64,000 bases of DNA from Actinomycetota bacterium (GCA_026392945.1 JAPLBB010000016.1:4983-68982), one strand, 5' to 3'. Positions 51,082 to 61,407 are shown, counted from the stretch's first letter. The notes: generated from the letters alone by a model not told the origin. A program made the numbers and translations.

Positions 51082-52526
51082 TGAGTACTGTTTTAGATAG
51101 TAGATCATTTCTTCGGTGGTGTTGGCGCCAATTAACAAGCATGCGTACTGCACTTATTTTGCTCCTCCTCCTTGGTATTGCTGCAATTCCTGGTTCGCTA
51201 TTTCCGCAGCGCAGTCAAAATCCATTACAAGTTAAGCAATATTTTGTTGATAATCCAACGCTTGCAAATTGGCTAGATCGCTTCAGCCTTTTTAATGTTT
51301 ATAGCTCACCATGGTTTAGTGCTATTTATTTACTACTTTTTATCTCACTAATTGGGTGTGTATTGCCAAGGAGTATCGGGCACTTAAAGGCAATTGGTGC
51401 TGCGCCAACAATTACGCCTAAATATTTAGATCGGATGGAATACTTTACTGAAATTAAGAAATTTGATTTGGATTTAGCGGAGAAACAGCTGCGAAAAATG
51501 CGGTTTAGGATTCGTAGAGATTCTAATTCGATATCAGCCGAAAAAGGTTATGCCAGAGAGAGCGGAAATTTACTTTTTCACCTTTCGTTAGTTTTAATTT
51601 TAATTGCGGTCGGAGTCGGCTCTTTATTTGGTAGCAAGGGCGATGCGATAGTGAATTTAGGTGATCGATTTATAAATACCCCCACTTCTTACGATATTTT
51701 AGGCTTTGGGAAGTATCAGGCAGAGGATTCTCTACCCCCATTTTCACTAACAATCAAAGAGTTTAAAGCTGAATATGATCCGGCAACTAATGCACCACTT
51801 GATTACACCCTAACCGTCTTAGCTGCCAATCCAGCAGGTTCGAAGGAAAATGTTGAAATTATAAAAGTAAATAAACCACTTACATTTGGAAGCACAAAGG
51901 TGTTTTTACAAGCAAACGGACATTCACCAATTGTTATTGTTAAAGACAAGAGCGGCAAAGTTGTATTTGATGGCCCAACACCTTTCTTGCCACAGGATGC
52001 AAACCTTTCCTCAATTGGAGCAATAAAAATTCCGGATATGCAACCGCAGATTGGTTTTGTTTCTTCATTTTTACCAACTGCTGACCGAGATCCAATTCGC
52101 GGTGGGTTTTCTTCTTATCCGGAAGTTTTAGATCCACGATTATTAATTTCAGTTTGGAAAGGTGACTTAGGTCTAAACATTGGCGTTCCGCAATCGGTTT
52201 ATCGGATTGATACCAGCAAAATGGAAAGAATTGGCTTGAAAGCCTTAGTACTTAATGAGAGTTATGACTTCGGTGAGGGCAGCATCACATTTACAGGATG
52301 GAAGCCATGGGTTAATTTACAAATCATTAATGACCCTGGGAAAGGATACGCTTTGGTTGGTGCGATACTTGCGATCTCTGGTTTACTAATCTCACTATTT
52401 ACTAGACAGAGAAGAATCTGGATTAAGCAAGGTCGAAAGACACAAATTGCAGGTTTAGCAAAAAATGGCATACCAGGTCTTGAAGATGAGATTAAGAAAC
52501 TAGTAAAGGAGTTAGGTAGTGAGTAA
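51081..52526 (+). CDS. resB: Cytochrome c biogenesis protein ResB/Ccs1
   Basis: LTSMRTAL, PGSLFPQR, YSSPWF, GNLLFH, VNKPL. Confidence 0.92.
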   Translation: MSTVLDSRSFLRWCWRQLTSMRTALILLLLLGIAAIPGSLFPQRSQNPLQVKQYFVDNPTLANWLDRFSLFNVYSSPWFSAIYLLLFISLIGCVLPRSIGHLKAIGAAPTITPKYLDRMEYFTEIKKFDLDLAEKQLRKMRFRIRRDSNSISAEKGYARESGNLLFHLSLVLILIAVGVGSLFGSKGDAIVNLGDRFINTPTSYDILGFGKYQAEDSLPPFSLTIKEFKAEYDPATNAPLDYTLTVLAANPAGSKENVEIIKVNKPLTFGSTKVFLQANGHSPIVIVKDKSGKVVFDGPTPFLPQDANLSSIGAIKIPDMQPQIGFVSSFLPTADRDPIRGGFSSYPEVLDPRLLISVWKGDLGLNIGVPQSVYRIDTSKMERIGLKALVLNESYDFGEGSITFTGWKPWVNLQIINDPGKGYALVGAILAISGLLISLFTRQRRIWIKQGRKTQIAGLAKNGIPGLEDEIKKLVKELGSE

Positions 52527-53418
52527 TACATCAACAGCTTTACTATCAAACGATTTTATTTATGCTTCGATGGCTTTATATACACTGGCTTTTTTTGCGC
52601 ATGCAGTTGAGGTTGCGTGGTCAGTTAAAACTCCGGCCAAATCGGTTAAGAAAACAAAGCTAGATTTTTCTAGAACTGAGCGGGTTGGTAGATTGGCAAG
52701 CGCTTTTATGGTTTTGGGTTTCCTACTGTTAACTGCTGGAGTTATTTTTCGTGGGATATCAGCCAACAGAGTTCCGTGGGGAAATATGTATGAGTTTTCA
52801 ATAACAGGTGCACTTGCCTTTTCTGGTGCATATTTATTTGCACTTAAAAAATACAAAGTACGGTGGCTTGGACTTCCAGTTTCACTAGCTGTGCTTCTAA
52901 CTCTAGGAACTGCGATAACCTTGCTTTATCGGCCAAGTGCTCCACTTGCTCCCGCATTAAAATCAACTTGGTTAGTAATCCATGTTTCAGCAGCAATTAT
53001 CTCTGGTGGAGTATTTCTATTAGCAAATGCAATTGCTGGTGCTTATTTAATTTTAGATCGCTATGAACAAAAAGGTGTTCGCCCAATCTGGGCACAAAAG
53101 CTTCCATCACTTGAGGCTCTAGATAATCTTTCATATCGATTAGTTGCATTGGTATTTCCGCTTTGGACTTTCGCAGTTATTGCTGGCGCTATTTGGGCAG
53201 AGTCTGCTTGGGGTCGGTACTGGGGTTGGGATCCAAAAGAAACTTGGGCATTTATAACTTGGGTTGCATATGCTGCATATTTACATGCACGGGTAACAGT
53301 TGGCTGGCGAGGCAGAAAAGCTGCATGGCTATGTTTGTTTGCTGGTTCAACATTCTTATTTAATTACATATATATAAATGTGTGGGGAACAGGTCGCCAC
53401 ACATACTCTGGCTTATAA
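52519..53418 (+). CDS. resC: Cytochrome c biogenesis heme-handling protein ResC/CcsA (annotated CcsB in actinobacteria)
   Basis: PWGNMYE, WLVIHV, WWD domain GAIWAESAWGRYWGWDPKE, C-terminal HTY. Confidence 0.93.
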   Translation: MSNTSTALLSNDFIYASMALYTLAFFAHAVEVAWSVKTPAKSVKKTKLDFSRTERVGRLASAFMVLGFLLLTAGVIFRGISANRVPWGNMYEFSITGALAFSGAYLFALKKYKVRWLGLPVSLAVLLTLGTAITLLYRPSAPLAPALKSTWLVIHVSAAIISGGVFLLANAIAGAYLILDRYEQKGVRPIWAQKLPSLEALDNLSYRLVALVFPLWTFAVIAGAIWAESAWGRYWGWDPKETWAFITWVAYAAYLHARVTVGWRGRKAAWLCLFAGSTFLFNYIYINVWGTGRHTYSGL

Positions 53419-53664
53419 CTTTCTTAAAAAGTCGGGATCATCATCGGGCGGAATAATTCGCCCACGCCCACCACGATTTTGACCAGGCTTTCTTGGTCGG
53501 CCAGCAATAAACCAACCAATTGCACCAAATGATCCAATAAATAAAATTATTAATAGCCATCCCCATTTTGGGAAACGTCTTACATTTTCTTGTGGGGTTA
53601 CTGCGCAATCAATAAAGGCAAAAATATTAATAATTACCGCTAGAACAAATAGGTACTTAAGCAT
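53413..53664 (-). CDS. PLD nuclease N-terminal (PLDc_N) domain small membrane protein
   Basis: Two TM segments, FIDC..TP..VRRFPKWGW, WFIAGRP, PDDDPDFLRKL. Confidence 0.82.
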   Translation of the reverse strand: MLKYLFVLAVIINIFAFIDCAVTPQENVRRFPKWGWLLIILFIGSFGAIGWFIAGRPRKPGQNRGGRGRIIPPDDDPDFLRKL

Positions 53665-53689
53665 GTGCCTAGTTTACCCCTATCTAATG

Positions 53690-54538
53690 TTAAATTAGCA
53701 ACGCAAGTGCAATTAACGCCGCAGTAATCAATTGAACCCTTGCAGTTTTCCCTAAAACAGCTATTAACTCTTCTCCTTTGGCTCCACGTAATACCTGCAT
53801 TAAAACTTTATATACCAAGGGTAAACAAATCATTACAAGAGCTATTTGGCTATCTATACTTATCGCTAGCAGCACAGTTAGTTGCGTGACTAGTAGCAAG
53901 AATCCATAAAAATATCGAGTTTTTTGATCACCCAACTTAACGGCCAAAGTTTGTTTATCAGCTTTTTCATCTAATGGGCGATCTCGAAGATTATTTATTA
54001 CTAAAATTGCACACGACAATGACCCGATTGGAATAGATAGCAAAACTATTTGCCAGTTTATTTGCTGAGTCTGAACATAATAACTTCCAATAGTCGCAAC
54101 TAAGCCAAAGAAGATAAATACTGAAAATTCACCAAAGCCAAGGTAACCGTATGGCTTTTTGCCTCCGGTGTAACCCCAAGCGGCTAAAACTGAAATTAAT
54201 CCAACTAATATTAACCAAAGTGTTGTATTTAATGAGAGTAGCGTGCCAGCAATACAAGCAGTAGCAAATGATGTAAATGCTGCTGTTCTAACTGCCTTTG
54301 CACTAGCTAAACCAGAAGCAACTAATCTTGTTGGGCCGACTCGATTGGCGTCAGTCCCGCGAATACCGTCTGAGTAATCATTTGAGAAATTAACTGCAAT
54401 TTGCAGGGAGAGCGAAACAACTAAAGCCAAACCACCGTTTATCCAATCAATTTCAGTCGCAAATGATGTTCCAACTAAAACTGGTGCCACTGCTGCTGGC
54501 AGAGTTTTAACTCTTGCTCCTACTACCCACTTATTCAA
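53690..54538 (-). CDS. menA: 1,4-dihydroxy-2-naphthoate polyprenyltransferase
   Basis: RVKTLPAA, NDYSDG..GTD, YTGG..PYGY.G.GE, NNLRD...D. Confidence 0.95.
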   Translation of the reverse strand: MNKWVVGARVKTLPAAVAPVLVGTSFATEIDWINGGLALVVSLSLQIAVNFSNDYSDGIRGTDANRVGPTRLVASGLASAKAVRTAAFTSFATACIAGTLLSLNTTLWLILVGLISVLAAWGYTGGKKPYGYLGFGEFSVFIFFGLVATIGSYYVQTQQINWQIVLLSIPIGSLSCAILVINNLRDRPLDEKADKQTLAVKLGDQKTRYFYGFLLLVTQLTVLLAISIDSQIALVMICLPLVYKVLMQVLRGAKGEELIAVLGKTARVQLITAALIALALLI

Positions 54539-55614
54539 TTACCACCCATAATCTTTATTGCTAAGTTTTTAGCAGCTCTTCTGTCTGGCTTGCCAATAGA
54601 AGTTGCAGGAATTTGTTCAAATAAGAATACCTCTTTTGGTGATAAAAGTGAGCCAAGACTTTTCTTTATTTCTTCAATTGAAAGATTTGAAGTGCTACCG
54701 ACACAGAGTTTTTCTCCCCAAACTTCATCGGGGAGGGCAAAGGCAATAATCTCTTGATTTGGAATTAGCTCTCTAATTTTTTCTTCCACAAGCGTTAGTG
54801 AGATATTTTCTCCACCAGAAATTATAACTTCATCAGCTCTACCGTTAACTTTAAGAAATCCAGCAGACAGTTCTCCGATATCAGTACTCGCAAACCAACC
54901 ATCAGCACCAATCGAAGTTAGCTCACCTTTATCTGATAAGTATCCACTTGCAATCATTGGACCAGTTAAATTAATTAATCCATCACTTGCTAATTTTACT
55001 TCTACGCCATCTAGCGGCTTTTGGTTATAAACACAGCCGCCACTCATTTCAGTCATTCCATAGGTGGTAACAATTTTTACATGTTTACTTGCAGCTTCTT
55101 TTTTTAATTTATCACTTACCGGTCCACCACCAACTAAAACTGCTTCAGCCGCAGTTAAATGTTCAAGTAATTTAGCATCACTAGTTAGCGCTTTATAAAG
55201 TTGAGTTGGAACTATTGAAATAAAATCGGCGTCAACATAATTTGTAGCATTTCTATTATCAATTACTCTTGAGCCAAGCGCAGTTGCTCTAATTAATACA
55301 TTCAAACCTGCAATATGAGTTGTTGGCAGTAGCAGCGACCAACTATCACCTGGTACTGCACCTAAATACTTATGACTGGCATTTGTAGAAGCAATTAATG
55401 CTGCATCTGAAATAGCGACTAATTTTGATTCTGCAGTTGAACCAGATGTACTAATAACTAGTGCAATATTTTTCTCTACCTCTTTAATATCAATTTGTTT
55501 GGTTGATAGCGCAGGCCCTGAGCCTTCTAGAGCCTTGGCTAAATTTTCTTGCAGCTGTGGGATTGACCACTCAGGCTGAATAGGAGTTAATGCGCGAAGT
55601 TCTTTTTCTCCCAT
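54535..55614 (-). CDS. menE: o-succinylbenzoate-CoA ligase (short actinobacterial form)
   Basis: TSGST, HIAG, SIVPTQ, TYGMTE, GRAD..IISGGENI, GKPDR. men cluster context. Confidence 0.88.
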   Translation of the reverse strand: MGEKELRALTPIQPEWSIPQLQENLAKALEGSGPALSTKQIDIKEVEKNIALVISTSGSTAESKLVAISDAALIASTNASHKYLGAVPGDSWSLLLPTTHIAGLNVLIRATALGSRVIDNRNATNYVDADFISIVPTQLYKALTSDAKLLEHLTAAEAVLVGGGPVSDKLKKEAASKHVKIVTTYGMTEMSGGCVYNQKPLDGVEVKLASDGLINLTGPMIASGYLSDKGELTSIGADGWFASTDIGELSAGFLKVNGRADEVIISGGENISLTLVEEKIRELIPNQEIIAFALPDEVWGEKLCVGSTSNLSIEEIKKSLGSLLSPKEVFLFEQIPATSIGKPDRRAAKNLAIKIMGGN

Positions 55615-55622
55615 AATCCCCG

Positions 55623-55629
55623 TAGGCTA
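55623..55629. promoter_or_regulatory. Overlapping divergent -10 elements between menE and menB
   Basis: TAGGCTA reads TAGGCT on the plus strand (toward menB) and TAGCCT on the minus strand (9 nt before the menE ATG). Confidence 0.45.
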
Positions 55630-55667
55630 TCTCTTATCTAATTCCCTTTTAACCTTTGGAGCCCGCC

Positions 55668-56546
55668 TTGAGCAAGCCAATCAAACGCCAACCAGGAGAT
55701 CGCACTATTCCTAAGTGGCAAACGGGATCAGGTGGGGAAAAATTTACTGACATCACATACCAAGTTGCAGATGGCATGGCAAAAATAACAATCAACCGTC
55801 CGGAAGTTAGAAATGCATTTCGTCCACAAACTCTTTTTGAATTATCTGATGCATTTAATTTAGCTCGAGATAATGATCAAGTTGGGGTAATCATTTTCAC
55901 TGGTGCCGGCGATGAAGCTTTTTGCTCAGGCGGAGACATAAATGTTCGCGGAGATGATGGCTATCTTGGCAATGATGCCCTCAGCAAAAAAGGTATTGGC
56001 CGATTAAATGTTTTAGATTTACAAGTACAAATTCGGCGTACACCAAAACCAGTTGTAGCTATGGTCGCTGGTTGGGCAATTGGTGGCGGACATGTCTTGC
56101 ATGTTGTTTGTGATTTAACAATTGCAGCAGAGAATGCAAAGTTTGGGCAGACCGGGCCAATGGTTGGTTCATTTGATGGTGGATATGGAGCTGGCTTGCT
56201 AGCAGCCCATGTTGGACAAAAGAAAGCTCGTGAGATTTGGTTTCTATGTCGTCAATATGATGCTCAAGAAGCACTTGATATGGGATTAGTTAATGCAGTT
56301 GTGTCAGTTAAAGAGTTAGAAGCCGAAACAGTTTCTTGGGCAAGAGAGATGCTACGTCACTCACCAATGGCACTTCGATTACTAAAAGCGAGCCTTAATG
56401 CGGCAGATGATGGTTTAGCAGGCGTTCAGCAATTAGCCGGAGATGCCACCATGTTGTTTTATTTAACAGAGGAAGGTCAAGAAGGACGCAACGCTTATCA
56501 AGAAAAACGTGAGCCAGACTTTAATAAATTTCCTAAACGACCTTAA
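55668..56546 (+). CDS. menB: 1,4-dihydroxy-2-naphthoyl-CoA synthase
   Basis: [29 protein letters not shown]. Start chosen at TTG 55668 after GGAG (55658-55661). Confidence 0.96.
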   Translation: MSKPIKRQPGDRTIPKWQTGSGGEKFTDITYQVADGMAKITINRPEVRNAFRPQTLFELSDAFNLARDNDQVGVIIFTGAGDEAFCSGGDINVRGDDGYLGNDALSKKGIGRLNVLDLQVQIRRTPKPVVAMVAGWAIGGGHVLHVVCDLTIAAENAKFGQTGPMVGSFDGGYGAGLLAAHVGQKKAREIWFLCRQYDAQEALDMGLVNAVVSVKELEAETVSWAREMLRHSPMALRLLKASLNAADDGLAGVQQLAGDATMLFYLTEEGQEGRNAYQEKREPDFNKFPKRP

Positions 56547-56549
56547 GTA

Positions 56550-57491
56550 ATGTTTCCGTTCAAATTACAAGTAGTTTCAATTCCAGTTAAGGCAAACTTT
56601 CGCGGAATTAGAAATCGAGAAATTGCTTTATTCGAAGGACCAGCCGGCTGGAGCGAGTTTTCATCATTTACTGAATACAGTAATAAAGAATCTAGTACAT
56701 GGCTAAAAGCTGCAATTGAAAGTGCTACAAAAGAGCCACCAACGCCAATAAGAAATGAAGTACAAATTAACGCTACTTTGCCTAACGTAAAGGTGAGTGA
56801 AGTAAAAGAATTACTTGCCGGGTTTGAAGGTTGCAGCACGATCAAAATAAAAATTAATGATTTTGAGACCGATCAGGCTCTCTTAATTGAGTGCTTAAAG
56901 GAAGTTCCGAAAGCTAAGTTTCGGTTAGATGTTAACGGTGGTTGGGCGTTAGAAGAGGCAATAGCAAATGTGCAAAGTTATGAAACGGCATTTGGAAGCT
57001 TAATTGAATACATTGAGCAACCCTGTACTGATTTTGCAGATCTAAACAGCTTACGTAACAACACTGGAATCAAAATAGCTGTCGATGAATCAATAAGAAA
57101 ATATCTGGCAGGTGATTTAACCCGCATTAAAGAGGTTGCTGATATTGCAATAATTAAGTGGGCGCCAACAGGTGGAATCAGCGCAGCATTAGAAGTAATT
57201 GAAAAAATTGATCTACCAGTTGTTATCTCAAGTGCGTTAGACAGTAGCGTTGGTATTTCACATGGGTTATCGCTAGCCGCGGCAGTGCCTAATCTTTATG
57301 GTGCTTGTGGACTTGGTACCGTTTCTCTTTTAGTAGGGGATGTAACAAGTAATTCACTACTACCCACTAATGGAATCATAAAGAACCATAAAGTAACTCC
57401 AGATAGAATTGAAGAATTTAAAGCAGAATCTGGACGGCAGAAATGGTGGCAAGATAGAGCCAATGCAATTTATGAAGGAGGCTTATTTTGA
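56550..57491 (+). CDS. menC: o-succinylbenzoate synthase (actinobacterial type)
   Basis: FRGI..RE, KIK, RLDVNG, YIEQP, VDES, SSALDS, GLGT. Confidence 0.92.
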   Translation: MFPFKLQVVSIPVKANFRGIRNREIALFEGPAGWSEFSSFTEYSNKESSTWLKAAIESATKEPPTPIRNEVQINATLPNVKVSEVKELLAGFEGCSTIKIKINDFETDQALLIECLKEVPKAKFRLDVNGGWALEEAIANVQSYETAFGSLIEYIEQPCTDFADLNSLRNNTGIKIAVDESIRKYLAGDLTRIKEVADIAIIKWAPTGGISAALEVIEKIDLPVVISSALDSSVGISHGLSLAAAVPNLYGACGLGTVSLLVGDVTSNSLLPTNGIIKNHKVTPDRIEEFKAESGRQKWWQDRANAIYEGGLF

Positions 57492-59050
57492 GTAATTCAA
57501 CAAAATTAGCTCATTCATTACTTAGACAATTGATAGAGGTAGGAGTTAGTGATTTTGTAATTTCGCCCGGGTCACGAAATGCCCCACTTTCAATTGCTCT
57601 AGGGGAGGCAGCAAGTAAAGAGATTATCGATTTGCATGTAAAAATTGATGAACGTGGCGCTGCTTATTACGCACTTGGAATTTCCAAAGCAAGTAATAAT
57701 TATGTAGCAGTTATTTGCACAAGTGGCACTGCAGCAGCAAACTTTCATCCAGCTGCCTTGGAGGCTTTTCATAGCAACAACAAACTGATATTAATTACCG
57801 CAGATCGGCCAGCCCGGCTTCGAAGAACCGGCGCAAATCAAACAACTGATCAAGTAAATATTTACCCAGTTATTAAAACCCATGACTTTGCAGCAGAGAT
57901 AGACATAAAAAAACTTTTGACCGGAGGTATGGTGCATTTAAATGTTCAATTTGATGAACCATTAATAGAAAGCGAAAAAACCGATTGGCTTGCTGGATTA
58001 AAAATCCTATTGCACACTATTGAGAATAGAGTTAGCGGAAAATTAGAAGTGGGTAGTGGAGTATTAATTATTGGACATGACCGAGCTGGCTATTCAGTAG
58101 CGGAAGTAAATGATTTTGTAGGCAAATTGAATTGGCCAGTAATTTGCGAAGATCCAATCTCATTTCCACAATCAATCGCCCATGCATCTTTATTTTTAAC
58201 GGATCCTCAGATTGCTGCAAAACTGTCCCCAGAGAATGTGATTGTGATTGGTCGAACTACTTTATCTCGAAGCACTAATACATTCATAAAGCTTGCTAAA
58301 AAAGTAATCGTGATTGATCCAAGAACTGCTGATGTCGACAATAAGAGAGAAGCAGATCTAATACTTAAGGCATTGCCAAATGAAATCGTAAGTATTAAAT
58401 CAGATCAAATTATTTGGCGCGAAGCTTCAGGTGCGGCGGCAATTCAGTTAGAGAATTTGCCTTGGTCTGAGCAACTTGCAATCACCATAATTTGTGAGCT
58501 GTTACCTGAAGAGAGCGCTTTGTTTGTTGGATCATCCAGACCTGTGCGTGATATTGAAGCTTTCGCCCACCCTCGTAACGGTGTTTCAGTATTCGCTAAT
58601 CGTGGTCTAGCTGGAATTGATGGGAATATTTCAACTGTATTTGGAATAACAAATGAATTTGAAAAAACAACTGCAATTCTAGGAGATCTAACATTTCTTC
58701 ACGATATATCAGCTCTTACAAATGCAACTGTTGGAAATCTTCGTATTTTCGTAATAGATAACAATGGTGGGGGAATATTTTCAACTTTACCCCAAGCTAG
58801 TACCGGTAATTTTGAGCAGCTTTTCGGAACCCCTCATAATTTGGATTTATGTAAAGTCATTGCCGGATTTGGGGTAGCCGTTGGTAATGCCACGAATTTA
58901 ATGGAGCTGCAATCAGCAGCAAGTAAAGAAATTAAAGGATTTGAAGTTGTAGTTGTAACTGTGCCAAGCCGTGAAAGCAATGCTGAGCAGTTAAAAAGTG
59001 TTACTCAAAGAGTTTCAAGTGCAGTGCGCATTGGCATTAATTTAGCCTGA
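57488..59050 (+). CDS. menD: SEPHCHC synthase
   Basis: SPGSRNAPL, IDER.A, TSGTA, TADRP, NRGLAGIDG, GDLTF.HD, NNGGGIF. Confidence 0.95.
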   Translation: MSNSTKLAHSLLRQLIEVGVSDFVISPGSRNAPLSIALGEAASKEIIDLHVKIDERGAAYYALGISKASNNYVAVICTSGTAAANFHPAALEAFHSNNKLILITADRPARLRRTGANQTTDQVNIYPVIKTHDFAAEIDIKKLLTGGMVHLNVQFDEPLIESEKTDWLAGLKILLHTIENRVSGKLEVGSGVLIIGHDRAGYSVAEVNDFVGKLNWPVICEDPISFPQSIAHASLFLTDPQIAAKLSPENVIVIGRTTLSRSTNTFIKLAKKVIVIDPRTADVDNKREADLILKALPNEIVSIKSDQIIWREASGAAAIQLENLPWSEQLAITIICELLPEESALFVGSSRPVRDIEAFAHPRNGVSVFANRGLAGIDGNISTVFGITNEFEKTTAILGDLTFLHDISALTNATVGNLRIFVIDNNGGGIFSTLPQASTGNFEQLFGTPHNLDLCKVIAGFGVAVGNATNLMELQSAASKEIKGFEVVVVTVPSRESNAEQLKSVTQRVSSAVRIGINLA

Positions 59051-60234
59051 CTCTCTGCGTATTCATTAGCTGGATCTGAGCCAGCAACAATCCCACAACC
59101 AGCAAAAATTTGAATTGATTTTTGATCGGCTGATAGCTGGCCACAACGAAGTGCAATTGCAATTTCCCCATCGCCATGAGCATCAATCCAGCCAACAGGT
59201 CCGGAATATCGACCACGATTCATCTCTTCAAGAGATGTAATAAGTTTTTTTGCTACATCGGTTGGCGTTCCACAAACTGCCGCAGAAGGATGTAATTTTT
59301 CAACTAGCGTAAAAATATCTGCTTGCTTTGCACTGTCATTTAATACTCCAGTCACATCAGTAGCAAGATGCATCACATTTGAAAGATGTAAAACAAATGG
59401 AGATTCTGGAACATTTGTAGAAGAGCAAAATGGTGCAAGTGCATCTGCAACAGACTTAACTGCGTATTCATGTTCTTCTAAGTCCTTTGAAGATTTTGCT
59501 AAAGAGGCAGCAAGTGCTAAATCACGGTCTTCATTTCCACTTTTTCTAATAGTTCCAGCCAAAACTCTTGAAGTAACAAGTGATTTGCTTAGACGAACTA
59601 ACAGTTCTGGCGTCGCACCAATCAGACCATCTACAAAAAATAACCAAGTCGATGGGTACTCAATCTCAAGTCGCTGCAATAAATTTCGAATATCTATACC
59701 TGTACTTGATGTGGCATTTAAATCTCGGGCAAGCACGACTTTCTCAAGTTGACTATTTTTAATAGCGGCAATTGCAGTAGTTACTTGTTCACGCCACTTT
59801 TCTTCGCTTATAGATCCGTTTTGCCAGGTAATTTCGCTACTAACAGCTGAGTTAGATATTGGAGTTATATCTGGTTGACTTTTATTACCGATCCAAGTTA
59901 TCCATGATTTTCCATTTTTATGTCCCAAGACAACCTCTGGGATTATCAGTACTGATTTTTCATTTGCATCAAAGGAAAAGGATGAAAAAAGTATTGGTCC
60001 AGTGCCACTACCGTGCACATTATTTTGGATTGAAAATTCAGATAATTGTTCATTCCACCAGTTCTTAGCTTTTAAAAATCGATCTTCACCTACTACTTCA
60101 AATCTTTTGTATTCACCAAACCCGACTAAACCATCACCACTTCTGACCCATGCAGAAACTAAATCTAAATTTGTATCTGCTGAGGTAAGTATTGGGTGAT
60201 TACCCAAAATCTCAGTAGTAATTAAAACGGACAT
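59005..60234 (-). CDS. menF: Isochorismate synthase
   Basis: KVVLAR, GATPE, LAGT, EH, LHPSAAVCG, RGRYSGPVGW, LRC, AGCGIV. Confidence 0.92.
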   Translation of the reverse strand: MSVLITTEILGNHPILTSADTNLDLVSAWVRSGDGLVGFGEYKRFEVVGEDRFLKAKNWWNEQLSEFSIQNNVHGSGTGPILFSSFSFDANEKSVLIIPEVVLGHKNGKSWITWIGNKSQPDITPISNSAVSSEITWQNGSISEEKWREQVTTAIAAIKNSQLEKVVLARDLNATSSTGIDIRNLLQRLEIEYPSTWLFFVDGLIGATPELLVRLSKSLVTSRVLAGTIRKSGNEDRDLALAASLAKSSKDLEEHEYAVKSVADALAPFCSSTNVPESPFVLHLSNVMHLATDVTGVLNDSAKQADIFTLVEKLHPSAAVCGTPTDVAKKLITSLEEMNRGRYSGPVGWIDAHGDGEIAIALRCGQLSADQKSIQIFAGCGIVAGSDPANEYAESQAKLMPMRTALETL

Positions 60235-60299
60235 TTTAGATTTGCGCCTGTCTATTTGACGGATTTGTAAGTAAAGCCTACTCCTTAGAGAATAGTGCT

Positions 60300-60992
60300 G
60301 TGGTCCGCGCTAATCTAAACAAAGATCCAGATGACGTCTCAAAGATGTTTGACGATGTTGCACATAGATATGACTTTCTAAATGACCTTCTTAGTTTGGG
60401 CCGAACAAAGGCATGGCGAAGAGTTGTAACTTCAATTATTGCGCCAAAACCCGGGATGAAGATTTTAGATATTGCAGCTGGTACCGGTTCCTCATCTCGC
60501 CCATTAGTTGATAAAGGCGCGGAGGTAACCGCTTTAGATTTTTCACACGGAATGATTGAGCAGGGCCGTAAACAAAATAAAAATATTAATTTTGTACAAG
60601 GGGACGCATTAAAACTTCCATTTGAAGACAATGCCTTTGATGTAACCACGATTTCGTTTGGTCTTCGCAATACTTCTAATACCGATAAGGCACTTAAGGA
60701 AGCACTGCGGGTTACCAAAGATGGTGGAAGAATAGTTGTTGCTGAATTTTCACACCCAGTAAATCCAATCTTTAAGAAAATATATTTAAATTACTTAATG
60801 AAAGCATTGCCAGTTATTGTTAAAAAAATAAGCAAAAATCCCGACGCATATATCTACCTAGCCGAATCAATTAGGGCCTGGCCGGATCAGGCCGAACTTG
60901 CCTCCATAATGCGAGACAGTGGCTTCAAATCTGTGGCTTGGCAGGACTTAACCTTCGGAATTGTCGCAGTTCACATTGGCTATAAGGCTTAA
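60300..60992 (+). CDS. menG: Demethylmenaquinone methyltransferase
   Basis: MFDDVA..YD..NDLLS, LDIAAGTG, SFGLRN, YLAESI. Confidence 0.94.
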   Translation: MVRANLNKDPDDVSKMFDDVAHRYDFLNDLLSLGRTKAWRRVVTSIIAPKPGMKILDIAAGTGSSSRPLVDKGAEVTALDFSHGMIEQGRKQNKNINFVQGDALKLPFEDNAFDVTTISFGLRNTSNTDKALKEALRVTKDGGRIVVAEFSHPVNPIFKKIYLNYLMKALPVIVKKISKNPDAYIYLAESIRAWPDQAELASIMRDSGFKSVAWQDLTFGIVAVHIGYKA

Positions 60993-61033
60993 GTGGCTAA
61001 TGAAACCTTCGGCAAACAATAAGATTTGACCGT

Positions 61034-61405
61034 ATGAATCCCTCAATAAATCCATATGTACCGATCCTGGCGATCGGAGCTATCGGCTTTGGATTTGCCG
61101 CCTTTTCAATTGTGGCAGCAGCACTTACTGGACCAAAAAGATATAACCGAGCCAAGTCAGATGCATATGAGTGTGGAATCCAACCATCACCACAAGCAGC
61201 AGGTGGCGGAAGATTTCCAGTTAAATATTTTTTAACGGCAATGCTATTTATTGTTTTTGATATTGAAATTGTCTTTTTATATCCATGGGCGGTCTCATTT
61301 GATCAGCTCGGATTGTTTGGTTTAATTGAGATGGCATTATTTATTGGAACAGTTTTTGTTGCCTATGCATATGTTTGGCGCCGCGGCGGATTGGAATGGG
61401 ATTAG
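61034..61405 (+). CDS. nuoA: NADH-quinone oxidoreductase subunit A
   Basis: YECG, FIVFDIE, YPWA, GGLEWD. Confidence 0.96.
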   Translation: MNPSINPYVPILAIGAIGFGFAAFSIVAAALTGPKRYNRAKSDAYECGIQPSPQAAGGGRFPVKYFLTAMLFIVFDIEIVFLYPWAVSFDQLGLFGLIEMALFIGTVFVAYAYVWRRGGLEWD

Positions 61406-61407
61406 TC

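Noticed and set aside
61375-61407. Upstream TTG start for nuoB
   Set aside because: It lies inside nuoA. Homologues begin MGLEEKLP, matching GTG 61408.
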